Positions 1 to 9,936 of a DNA stretch of 64,000 bases are shown here, in pieces. The translations under genes were made by a program, and so were the position numbers. The stretch is from Endomicrobiales bacterium (GTDB lineage Bacteria > Elusimicrobiota > Endomicrobiia > Endomicrobiales > CAWCFT01), in contig CAWCFT010000017.1 in NCBI GenBank assembly GCA_963794945.1, positions 55,303 to 119,302 of the forward strand. The letters are read 5' to 3'. Each line of letters opens with the position of its first letter. Position 1 is the first letter of the stretch. The notes under the pieces are model-generated. The model saw nothing but the letters and a program-made list of their open reading frames with translations. It made no database searches and had not been told where the DNA came from.

Positions 1-742
1 GAATACCGAGATCGCTAGCCTGCGCGCTGGCAATGCTGAGCTGCGTTACGGCTTGCTCAACATCCTGCCCGGACGCAAGGCCAGCTTGATACTGGGCCTG
101 TGTCAGATCGAGCGATTCCTTGTAAGTGAGCACGGACGCATCCAAAAGTTGTTTCTGCGCATCCAACGCTTGAAGTTGAAAATAATCCACCGCTACTTCC
201 GCCTGAACTGTCAACCGCACGTTTTCAAGGTCAGCGATCGTAGCCTGAGCTTCTAAAGAGCTTGCCTTAACGCTGTTGCCGATACGGCCCCATAGATCCG
301 CCTCCCACGAAGCGTCAAACGGCAGAGAGTATTCTGTGATAGTGTAAGTGGCAGGCGGCAAAGCCGGTTGAGTCACTAAAGTTGACTGATGTAACCTCGT
401 GACGGAAGGGCTGGCCGTAACTGTCGGAAAATATTGGGACCGGGCTTGCTTTACAACCGCCCGCGCTGATAGAAAATTGGCAAAAGCCGCTGCAATGCTC
501 TGATTGGAAACAGACACCTGCTCTTCAAGAGCGTTCAGTTCAGGCTCATTGAACACTTCCCACCACTTTCCGCGGATAACGCCGTCCTTTGGTTCAGCTA
601 TTTTCCAGCCTTCGGCTTCTTTGAAATCCGCCGGCGTTTGAACCGCGGGCTTAACATATTTCGGCGCGAAACTGCATCCGGCGAACATAAACAGGATTGC
701 AAACGCGGCTGATGTCATTATAGTTTTAATTAAATGGCTCAT
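1..742 (-). CDS. Efflux outer-membrane factor lipoprotein, NodT/OprM family (3' end runs off the window)
   Basis: Manual translation from ATG 742: MSHLIKTIMTSAAFAILFMFAGCSFAPKYVKP...KWWEVFNEPELNALEEQVSVSNQSIAAA. It has a lipobox FAG-C and the typical OMF N-terminus, and lies downstream of ABC permease and MFP genes. Confidence 0.85.
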   Translation of the reverse strand, partial: MSHLIKTIMTSAAFAILFMFAGCSFAPKYVKPAVQTPADFKEAEGWKIAEPKDGVIRGKWWEVFNEPELNALEEQVSVSNQSIAAAFANFLSARAVVKQARSQYFPTVTASPSVTRLHQSTLVTQPALPPATYTITEYSLPFDASWEADLWGRIGNSVKASSLEAQATIADLENVRLTVQAEVAVDYFQLQALDAQKQLLDASVLTYKESLDLTQAQYQAGLASGQDVEQAVTQLSIASAQASDLGI

Positions 743-775
743 CGTGTTCCTTACCTAATATTTCTAGTCCTTTTT

Positions 776-847
776 TGTCATTTCGACCAAAGGGAGAAAT
801 CTTGCCTTTCCTGCATATAAAGATCTCTCGCTGCGCTCGAGATGACA
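776..847. repeat. Palindromic intergenic element (TGTCATTTCG...CGAGATGACA family), copy 1
   Basis: Imperfect terminal inverted repeats with internal GAAATCT/AGATCTC arms; related copies at 60155, 60403 and 62087. Confidence 0.75.
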
Positions 848-875
848 ACTTAAAAGTCGCGTTCCACGAACACAC

Positions 876-2057
876 CTACCCTCTGAAAATATCAAAGGGT
901 TCAATCTTTAAAACTTTGCGCACACCGATGTAGCTTGATATTCCGGCGATCAGCACTACCATGCCGAAGGCCAGCCCCAGGTTCCAGAACGTGATCATAG
1001 CCGCGTAGTTCGGCATCCGGGATCGCGCGATAGAGATCATTAACGTCACAAGGCCTATGCCCAACCCGTAGCCGGTCAGCGCGGTAAAAGCAGACATAAA
1101 CAGTATCATGTAAATCAGTTCCCGGCCCTTTACGCCGATGGCTTTCAGCGCGCCGAATTTTTCCATGTTCTCAAGGATAAATGTATAAAAGGTTTGTCCT
1201 GAGATAGACAACCCGACTATAAAGCTGATCACCGTCATCATAAGAATGTTGGTGCCGATACCAGTCTTATAAACATAGAAGTTGGTGATAAGTTTGTTGA
1301 ATTCTCCTTTAGTGCGGGCTACATATCCGAGCTTGGCTACTTGTTGTTTGATGCCTGCTACGGCTGCTTCGCTCTTTGGCTGCACAAGAACATAGGACAT
1401 TGTGAAACGCGTTGATGGAAGGTATTCTTTCGCGCGGTTGTAAGTAGTATAGAGAGTTGGCACGCCGTTGAGTCCATTGGACGCAACCCGGGCAATTCCC
1501 ACGATCGTGCCGCGGTGGTCATTGAGTTCAAATGATGTCCCAACCTTCGGGTTCTCAAGCTTAGAGAATTCAGCGTCATCAACCACCAGGAAAGTGTTAT
1601 CCGCGTAGATGCCTTTAATACTGCCTTGTTCAACTTCCGGACGGCCAAACAGGGTTTCATCATCAAGTCCGACGACGCTGACAGATTGATAGGTACCGCT
1701 TTTAAGCTTGACCATCGCGCCTCCCATAAAGAGCGGCACCGCGTAGCTTACCCCATCCATACTGCGCACAGCGTCCAGCACGTAGTCCGCCATTGGTATC
1801 GGACTGCTGGCCGTATTGACCGCCGGATCCATGACCCACATTGTCGCGCCTATATTCGTTACCGTTGCAAAAGCGCGGTTGAGTATGCCGGCAAACATCG
1901 CGGTCATTTGCATCATAAGAAATACCGCGAAGGTTATGCCTATCAACAGCGCGTAGAACTTGCTCTTGTCATTTACCAGCAGTTTAAATCCGATGCGCAA
2001 AATGCCGTAGTATTTCATTGTGGCTCGCTTTTGGGCTGGCTGGGAGCTAACTGCCAT
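876..2057 (-). CDS. ABC exporter permease, FtsX/MacB (DevC-like) family
   Basis: N-terminal TM, large periplasmic domain, three C-terminal TMs, EKFGALKAIG motif; true start may be MKYYG (~2018). Confidence 0.85.
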   Translation of the reverse strand: MAVSSQPAQKRATMKYYGILRIGFKLLVNDKSKFYALLIGITFAVFLMMQMTAMFAGILNRAFATVTNIGATMWVMDPAVNTASSPIPMADYVLDAVRSMDGVSYAVPLFMGGAMVKLKSGTYQSVSVVGLDDETLFGRPEVEQGSIKGIYADNTFLVVDDAEFSKLENPKVGTSFELNDHRGTIVGIARVASNGLNGVPTLYTTYNRAKEYLPSTRFTMSYVLVQPKSEAAVAGIKQQVAKLGYVARTKGEFNKLITNFYVYKTGIGTNILMMTVISFIVGLSISGQTFYTFILENMEKFGALKAIGVKGRELIYMILFMSAFTALTGYGLGIGLVTLMISIARSRMPNYAAMITFWNLGLAFGMVVLIAGISSYIGVRKVLKIEPFDIFRG

Positions 2058-3458
2058 ATGTATACATCCACCAGCTGGCCCGGATAGACCGGGGCGTCTT
2101 TTTTCTCAAACCGGAAAATAACCGGAAGAACCCTCAGGTCCACCTGCTCCTGGCGCTCGTTAGATAATTCTATTTTCGGCGAAACATAAGGCTGAACCCG
2201 CACAAACTCCAGCGGCACTATAATGTCAGTCCCGCGGATAGACATCTGCGCGAGGATATGCCACGCGGACGGCAGCCTTGAGATCAGTATTTCATCAATG
2301 TAACAACGCACTGTTAGATAATCCTGAGGCGGCCCCATAACCACCAGCGGGTCAAAATTCTGCGTATAAGAATTGAAAACACCTTGTGACGACACATAAC
2401 TGCCTGCTGATGAGTTTACCGCAAGCACTACTCCGTCAATCGGCGCTTTTACAGAATATTTCAACAGCAGGGCGTTAGCCGCTTTAAACGCCTGCTGCCG
2501 CCTGACCGACGCCGTCTTCGGCAGTATCCAGCGCATCCTTGCTGACCGATCGCGGGTCAATATCGCAGGAGGCGCGGCGCTTATCGTATTGGTCCTGGGC
2601 CAATTTCAGATTGGATCTGGCCAACTCGGTGGTTGCTCTCTGCACGGAATCGTTAATCGTGAAAAGAGGGGTTCTGGCCGCCACCTTCTGGCCCTCGTGA
2701 ACCAGCACGCTTGTGACCGGGCCTGAAACTTCAGGGTAGATATTGATGTTCGAGCCGCTCGGCTGGTCGCTCTCAATAATGCCGTTGGCATAGATCGCTG
2801 ATTCGGAAGGGCTGGTGACCGGTTTGAACACAGGAGGTTGCGCCTTCCTTTGAAGGCCAAAGAAATAAGCGCCTGCAAGCCCCGCCAGGATGCCAATTAT
2901 TGAGAGCGCGAAAATTATCTTATTTTTAAATTCAGGCTTAGGTTTGGACGCTTTGGTTTCAGGTTTAGGCTCATCGGCTTTGGCCCCAGGCTGAGATTCG
3001 GGTGTTTTGCCAGCAGGCTTAAGATCGGTTCCTTTGATTTCAGTCTTAGGCTCGGCTGTTTTGGCTTCAGTCTTTGGCTCTGGTGTTGTTTCCTCAGGCT
3101 TAGGTGCGCCTGTTTTGGCGTTAGTCTTATTGCCGGTTGTTTTGGTTTCAGCCTTAGGTTCGGCTGCTTTCGCCTCCGTCTTAGGCTCCGTTATTTTCAG
3201 TTCAGGCTTCGGCTCAACTGCTTCCGTTTCAGGCACATCGGCTTTGGCTCCAGGTTTTTGAATCTTCCGCTGAGCCTCCTCCCATTCCTGAATTGCGCGA
3301 ACATCCGCGCGCCCTATCTCCTCATAGAGTTCATGAACGCGCTTGACCATTTGTGGGATCAAATCGGCAGGTATCTTTTTTTTAGCATCCGTCTCTCGTT
3401 CGGCTGCTTGAGCCTCAGGCGCAACTGTTTCCGGGTTAAATTCATCTGGTGTATTCAT
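2015..3458 (-). CDS. HlyD-family membrane fusion protein with a long Pro/Glu/Lys-rich N-terminal extension (frameshift ~2490)
   Basis: ORFs 2484-3458 and 2015-2560 join into one MFP: TM IIFALSIIGILAGLAGAYFF, PEVSGPVTSVLVHEGQKV, VKAPIDGVV, YPGQLVDVYI. Confidence 0.8.
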
Positions 3459-4149
3459 TCTGTTCCCTTATCCTGCGCGCTTAGATGTCCGTCTTCCATG
3501 TGTAGGATCCTGTCCGCGTATTCGTTTATGCGCGCGTCATGAGTAACTATCAGAATACAACGGCTCTTATTGAGTATTTTGTTTTTTACGAAAGCTATGA
3601 TCATCTTCCCCGTATCGCCATCAAGTGATGCCGTAGGTTCGTCAAGGATCAATATCTCCGGTTTGCTTATGATCGCGCGCGCTATCGCTACGCGTGCTGC
3701 TCTCCGCCTGAAAGCTTCACCGGTAATATCTCGCTCCGGTTTTTCAGGCCGACGATCTCCAAAGTTTTTCTTGCTTCGTCAATTGATTCGTCCCAGTCAA
3801 GATGCTTCAGTATTAATGGGATAGCGACATTCTCGGCCGTGGTCAGCCGCGGGAAAAGATGATAATCCTGAAAAACAAAACCTATAGTGTTAAGGCGAAA
3901 ATCAGCCAACTGGTCATTGGTGAAAGACCAGATATCGTCCCCTTTAACCGTCACATTGCCGGCGTTGGGGCGCAGTATGCCGGAAAGCATGCTGAGCATA
4001 GTGGTCTTTCCGCTGCCGGAGGGGCCAACAATGAACAGCATTTCTCCAAAGTGAGCCACCAGCCCGACATTGTTGACCGCTGTAGTCCTGGCCTCGCCTT
4101 CGCCAAACCATTTTGTAAGCCCCGTTGCAACAATCGCCTGATTTTCCAT
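3455..4149 (-). CDS. ABC transporter ATP-binding protein, LolD/MacB-type (frameshift ~3695)
   Basis: Walker A GPSGSGKT and LSGGEQ; after the shift, ILDEPTASLD and the H-loop VTHD. Confidence 0.9.
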
Positions 4150-4322
4150 TTGATTTTCATGCTCTCAAAGCTGATGGGAACTTGCGTAGCCACTTTTAAA
4201 ATATGCTTTCATTATTACATCAGAATATCTATTACCGTGAACGATAGCAATTGTTTATTTTGCTATATTCACTATCTTTTTTCCGCTTCATACTAATAGT
4301 TTTGTACGTAATGGCGCTTTCC

Positions 4323-5348
4323 TCACATCAGCCAGCGCCTTTTCATAAGTGTATGTGAAAACAAAAAGGTAACCGTCCCGAGCAAGAACAGTAATATCCA
4401 TTCCTTCAAGAAGTATGACATACCGCTGTTTTCCAAAAATATTGATCTTAGAGGGTTATATAGCTGATAAGAAGGTACAAAAGAAGCAAATGTGTTTAAT
4501 TTTACCGAAAAATCGGATAATGCCGAAGGTATTAATAAAGGAATATAGATCAGTACGCCTAATGTCCTGGCGCTTGCCTGCGTGCGGCACAAGAAACCAA
4601 GCAGTATACCCGCAGAAATAAAACAAAAGCTCCCCGCTTCCAGAAACAATATATAACCCGGCCTTTCAAAGGAATAATATCCAACCGACAGATGAAGCAC
4701 CGTAACAGCAATATTTATCAAGACTAGTCCAGTCAGTAATTTGGCTATCAGCCACTCGATTTCCCTCATAGGCGTTTGCAGAAGTCCTATAAGCAGATTT
4801 TTTTCTTTTTCTTCCGCTACCTGAGCCGGGATAATTATGAAACTTACGAGTAAAACCACCATCAACACCCATGCGGGCAGCATCTGTTTTTGCACCCCGC
4901 CGTCCTGCAGCGGCGCAATATCCGATATCCAGCTCTTCCCGGCGCCTGTCGCCGATTTTTGAAGGGCCGAAAAGCTTTCTACTATGGCGGTCGTCTGTAA
5001 AGATTCTTTTCTCAGGACTTCCAGCGTTAAACTTTCGGGTTCCTTCATATTTTTTATCAAAATACCGTCCAGTTTCCTGTCTTTCAGCAGTTTCCTGCCG
5101 TCAACAGGGTTTACCCTGTAAACCGTAAATACTTTTTCGGCGGCCGTTATGTTTTTCATGATGGCGGCCGGATATATCTCGTTTTGAATGAGGCCGATAT
5201 TGATTTTCTGGAACGACTGATCGGAACGATCCGTAAGTTTTAAAGAAATAACGATAAAAATGGGAACGAACAATATCAGGAAAATAGATTTGTTCTTGAA
5301 GGAAATAGCGAAATCGTTTAATACCAGTGTAATGATATTTCTTATCAT
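4323..5348 (-). CDS. ABC-2 type transporter permease
   Basis: N-terminal TM, extracytoplasmic loop, five TMs, AEEKEKNLLIGLLQTP motif. Confidence 0.85.
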   Translation of the reverse strand: MIRNIITLVLNDFAISFKNKSIFLILFVPIFIVISLKLTDRSDQSFQKINIGLIQNEIYPAAIMKNITAAEKVFTVYRVNPVDGRKLLKDRKLDGILIKNMKEPESLTLEVLRKESLQTTAIVESFSALQKSATGAGKSWISDIAPLQDGGVQKQMLPAWVLMVVLLVSFIIIPAQVAEEKEKNLLIGLLQTPMREIEWLIAKLLTGLVLINIAVTVLHLSVGYYSFERPGYILFLEAGSFCFISAGILLGFLCRTQASARTLGVLIYIPLLIPSALSDFSVKLNTFASFVPSYQLYNPLRSIFLENSGMSYFLKEWILLFLLGTVTFLFSHTLMKRRWLM

Positions 5349-6025
5349 ATATAAAGCTCCTGATGCACCATTGACTCGAAATATTGCCCGGGCAAGCCGT
5401 CAAATACTACCCGCCCCTGATGAAGAACTATAATGCGCGACGCAAGCGCTCTTATCTCTTCCGGTCGGTGAGAGGTAAAAATGATAGTTTTACCGGAAGC
5501 GTTAATGTTTTTCAGCTGCCGGTAAACTTCTTTTGTCATCTCAAAATCAAGGCCCGCTGTCGGCTCGTCAAGAAGTATTACCGGCGGGTCCGGCAAAAGA
5601 GAACGGCCAATGTTCACTCTTTGCTTTAAACCTTTTGATAAAGTTTGCATCTTACTGCGCCGGAAAGGCAGCAACTCAAATTCACTTAATATTTCCTGCA
5701 CGCGGGCGGTAGGTGTTTGAAAAAGGCTCGCGTAAAGCCTCAGGTTATATTCGACAGAAAAATACTCAAAAAGGCCAGGAGTTTCAGGCACAAAAGCGAC
5801 GTTTCTTACAAGAGCCTGCCTGTCATCTATCTCCGTCCCGTTAACCAACGCCCGCCCGCTGTCAGGAATGGTCCAGCCGCTTAATATTCTCAAAAGAGTG
5901 GATTTGCCAGCGCCGTTATGCCCGACAACAGCTATGCATTCCCCTTTTTCCGCGGCAAAACTTACAGAAAATACTCCTCTCTTTTTCTGATATTCTTTTG
6001 TAATATTCTCAACAATTATCTGCAT
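5345..6025 (-). CDS. ABC-2 type transporter ATP-binding protein
   Basis: GHNGAGKS, LSKGLKQR, LLDEPTAGLD, TSH. Confidence 0.9.
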   Translation of the reverse strand: MQIIVENITKEYQKKRGVFSVSFAAEKGECIAVVGHNGAGKSTLLRILSGWTIPDSGRALVNGTEIDDRQALVRNVAFVPETPGLFEYFSVEYNLRLYASLFQTPTARVQEILSEFELLPFRRSKMQTLSKGLKQRVNIGRSLLPDPPVILLDEPTAGLDFEMTKEVYRQLKNINASGKTIIFTSHRPEEIRALASRIIVLHQGRVVFDGLPGQYFESMVHQELYI

Positions 6026-6044
6026 AGATATTATTGTTTCAGGC

Positions 6045-6107
6045 TCAAAGCAGCCTGAAAATAAGAAGCACTAACACGATGACAACCAGCAAACCGATTA
6101 AACCCAT
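6045..6107 (-). CDS. Putative 20-aa single-TM microprotein MGLIGLLVVIVLVLLIFRLL
   Basis: GGAGG SD 5 nt upstream of the ATG; nearly all hydrophobic; first ORF with a clear SD after the promoter at 6226-6254; a hairpin (6037-6060) overlaps the stop. Confidence 0.55.
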   Translation of the reverse strand: MGLIGLLVVIVLVLLIFRLL

Positions 6108-6225
6108 TTTATCCTCCGCCCAGCAATCAACAGCATTAATCATAACACTTAAAATCTCTTTATATGATGCCGTATTCCCCACTTATACTGACCTGTTTCC
6201 ATCATTAATTTTGAGAGATATTTAT

Positions 6226-6268
6226 ATTATATGGAGTAAGAGAAGGCCGGTCAATTGTACCTTGGTAT
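6226..6268 (-). promoter_or_regulatory. Sigma70-type promoter TTGACC-N17-TATAAT with upstream TACC-N2-GGTA palindrome
   Basis: -35 at 6249-6254 and -10 at 6226-6231; 23 bp (6246-6268) are identical to 32929-32951. Confidence 0.7.
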
Positions 6269-6319
6269 AATACCATGAAACCAAAACATGATAGTCTGCA
6301 TAGCTTTGGAATCTACCGG

Positions 6320-6562
6320 CTATGTATCGGCCTCAGCCTCCGCTTTTGCGGGATCGAAAATCCTGTATGCGAGCAGTTTAACGTTGTCATTGACAAGGAA
6401 CCACAGCAGAACATAACCCCACACGAACCCGGCCCAGACCCAGCCGAGGGGCGTCATGAACAACCCGTAAACCGCTATCAGCGTCGCTACAATCTGCGTG
6501 CCTACCACTTGGAAAAATACGCCGCGAGCAGGGAAAGTATAATTTCTATATTTTTCATTCAA
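6320..6562 (-). pseudogene. Duplicated fragment of the H+-ATPase last two TM helices
   Basis: ~6346-6508 is a slightly diverged copy of ~7187-7351 (TQIVATLIAVYGLFMTPLGW...LLAYRIFDP). Confidence 0.75.
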
Positions 6563-6604
6563 AAACGCTTCGACACCGTCTTTTAAAATCTGCGCCGTGG
6601 ATGT

Positions 6605-9600
6605 TTATTTATTGGGCTTAGCTTTATCTTCGGGCTTTTGCTCTGGTTTAGGCTCGGCTTTGGCCTCAGGTTCATGTTTCTCCCGCTCCGCCTTTTCCCA
6701 TTTTTCAACTTTTTGAACTTCTTCGCGCCCTAGTTCTTCGTAAAGTTCATGGACTCGCTTAACGTTCTCCGGGGGTAAATCTGACGGCGTCTTTGCTTTA
6801 TCTTCAGGTTTAGGCTCAGCTTTGGGTTCGCTATTTTCTTCAGTTTTAGGCTCGGTTACTTTAGCTTTGGGTATAGGTTCGGCTTTGGCATCGGGTTTAG
6901 GTTCTGATGTTTTCATTTCGGGTTTTGGCTCGGCTAGCGTACCTTTGGCTTCGGCTGTAGGTTCAGCATTGGAATCGGACTTAGGTTCTAAAGTTTTTAT
7001 TTCAGGTTTGGGCTCATCTGTTTTTACTTCGGGCTTAGGCTCAGATACCTTGACTTTGGCTTCAGGTATAGGTTTGGCTTTAGCGTCAGGTTTAAGTTCT
7101 GATGTTTTCGCTTCGGGTTTAGGTTCGATTACTTCACCTTTGGTTTCAGTCTTTAGCTCAGCCTTGACCTCAGGCTTAGTCTCAGCTTTGATGGGATCAA
7201 AAATCCTGTATGCGAGCAGTTTAACGTTGTCATTGACAAGGAACCACAGCAGAGCGTAGCCCCACACGAACCCGGCCCAGCCCCAGCCGAGGGGCGTCAT
7301 GAACAGCCCGTAAACCGCTATCAGCGTCGCTATAATCTGCGTCACTACCACCGCTATCCATAAGATATTAGCGGGACGTATTGACCAGAACCGACCGCGC
7401 GTGCGCGTGAGAAATATCGTAAGGTGCCCCGCCACGGACAATTTCAGGTACATCAGCGTCTGAATGTGCGCGCGGTCAAGATGAAATACGCGCTCACCAA
7501 GAAAAAACAGGGCAAAGGCGGAGACGACACCGATCAAGCCCAGCGCCGTTGATACACCCAGCACCATGCGCATGTTCCAGGCCTCGGGCTTGTCCTTATA
7601 ATGAACGTTGTCATAGGCAATGGACAGGATCGCGCCGTCATTGAGCAGGGCCAGCATCACTATCATAACAGCCGTTAATGGATAAAAGTTAAAGATCAGT
7701 ATCGCAAGCGTCATAAAGAACAACACGCGGAGCGTCTCGGCTATGCGATAAATAGCATAGCTGTTCATTCGCTGAAATATGCGGCGGCTTTCCTTGATCG
7801 CGTCAATTATCACCGACAAGCCAGGCGTCATTAAAACAATGGCAGCAGCGCGCGCGCAGCATCTGTCGCACCCGAAACGGCAATGCCGCAATCGGCTTTT
7901 TTGAGCGCAGGGGCGTCGTTGACTCCGTCGCCAGTCATGCCGACTATATGCCCCATCTTTTGCAGGACGTCCACAATATGGAACTTATGCTCAGGGAAAA
8001 CCTGTGCAAAACCATCGGCCTTTTCGATAGAATCGGACATCTCCGCGGTCTCCTGCTTTTTCGAGTCGCCCAAGCCGCCAGCATCAAGTATATTCGCTCC
8101 CATATCCAGTTTTTTGGCTGTTTCTTTAGCGATAGCCAGCGCGTCGCCCGTAACCATCTTGACCTTTACGCCCATAGCAAGAGCTGTCGCTATCGTTGCC
8201 TTGGCATCTTCCCGCGGCGGATCGAACAGGGGCAGTACACCGACAAACTGCCATTGCCCGTCGCCCTCGTCCCTTGCCACGCCCAGCGAACGAAAACCAC
8301 GCGCCGCGAATTCATTAACTGCCTTATCGACAACGTCCTTAACCTGCCCTGCATTTGCCGACAATGCCAAAATCACCTGTGGTGCGCCCTTTGTCACCTT
8401 GAATGTCTTTCCATCTTTTGCTTTTACGGCAGCCTCCGTTCGTTTGTGCACAGCGTCAAACGGCTGGAAATGAACCACCTCATAATCTTTCAAGGCCTCT
8501 TTATCTTTAAGTCCTCCGATAACGGCTAGATCTATAGTATCGTTATTCTCCGCGCGCGACGCCAGAGTGGCATTGATGATGACTTGTTCTACCGGGATAT
8601 TGTTCACGCTGAACGGTTCGCCCAGCGTCAGTTTGTTCTGGGTAAGTGTGCCGGTCTTGTCCGCGCACAGCACGTCCACACCCGCCAATTCCTCAATGGC
8701 AACCAGCTTGCTGACTATCGCCTGTTTTTTTGCGAGCAGGCGCGCGCCGACCGCCATCGTCACCGACAACACCGTAGGCATTGCCACCGGTATCGCAGCC
8801 ACGGTAAGCACCAGGGCGAACTGCAGCGTGATGAGTATCGGGTCGCCGCGGTGGATAGCAAAAGCGATAATAACCGCCACCAGAGCCGTAGCGAGAATTA
8901 TCAGGTAATTGCCGATCTTCAAAACCGCCTTTTGAAAATGGCTTACGGTGTGCGCCACCTGAACCAGCTGAGCAGTCTTTCCGAAATATGTATTGGCGCC
9001 GGTGGCATATACCATTGCGCCTATCTCGCCCTGTCGAATGATCGAACCGGAAAATACAGCTTCGCCGGGCTTACGCGAGGCGGGCAGGGACTCTCCTGTC
9101 AAGGCGGACTGATCAACCTCTACCGGATCGCCATCAAGCAGGCGCGCGTCCGCCGGCACAATGTCGCCCAAACGCATTCGTATGACGTCGCCCGGAACCA
9201 ACTCGCGCGCAGGCGGGGTGGCCCACTTCCCATCACGTTTTACCCGGGCATTGATTGCAAGCTTGGCTTTAAGAGCGGCGATGGCGTTGCCGGCCTCACG
9301 TTCTTCCCAAAATCCGACGACGGCGTTAGCCAACAGCAGAAGAAGGATGATTCCGAAGTCAGGCCAATGCCTGGCTACCGCCGAAAGGATCACGGCCGCT
9401 TCAATCATCCAGGGGATAGGCCCCCAAAAATATGTTAGGAATTTCAGAAATGGATTGGTCTTCTTTTCTTCTATCTCGTTAGGCCCGTATTGGGCCAGCC
9501 GTTTCTGCGCCTCAGCTTGGCTTAAACCTTCAGGCGACGACCCCAGTTTTGTCAGCAGTTCCGGCATAGGGAGAGTTTTCAGGTCGTCCTTTGATTCGGG

Positions 9601-9657
9601 TTTAGAGCCCGGCTTCGGTTCTGGTTGTTTTTTGTTCAGGTTTATATTTTCTGTCAT
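6605..9657 (-). CDS. Plasma-membrane-type proton-efflux P-type ATPase (P3A) with EPK-rich C-terminal tail (frameshift ~7850)
   Basis: LTGES, AIPVAMP, DKTGTLT, KGAP, MVTGD, TGDGVNDAPALKKAD; membrane domain ALLNDGAILSIAYDNV is typical of P3A. Confidence 0.9.
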
Positions 9658-9716
9658 AAGAGTCTCCTCTAATTTGTTCGGGGTTCAACCGTCCGCATAG
9701 CAGGGCAGCGATGAAC

Positions 9717-9848
9717 TTAATTATGTTTTTTGAACTGCTTAATAATTATTACCACCATTAGTAGCACCACCAGCATCCCGATAATCGTCCAGATCCCCAT
9801 CCAATTGCTCGTCCAGCCGCCCATCCATCCGTGCGCATGATTCATCAT
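9717..9848 (-). CDS. Small membrane protein, 43 aa (MMNHAHGWMGGWTSNWMGIWTIIGMLVVLLMVVIIIKQFKKHN)
   Basis: AGGAGG SD upstream; Gly/Met/Trp-rich N-terminus, one TM and a basic tail; lies between pgi and the ATPase. Confidence 0.65.
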   Translation of the reverse strand: MMNHAHGWMGGWTSNWMGIWTIIGMLVVLLMVVIIIKQFKKHN

Positions 9849-9936
9849 AATAAAGTTCCTCCTTTCATCAACCTTCTTAAACGGCCGCACTCCGCGATAC
9901 CATGAGCGGAAACGACAAAACTTCTACCGGCATTGG

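Noticed and set aside
2930..7190. CRISPR-like or non-coding repeats in the TTAGGCTCGGCT-rich tracts (~2930-3250 and ~6610-7190)
   Set aside because: They are degenerate in-frame codons for EPKPE-type linkers, with no constant repeat/unique spacer pattern and no cas genes.
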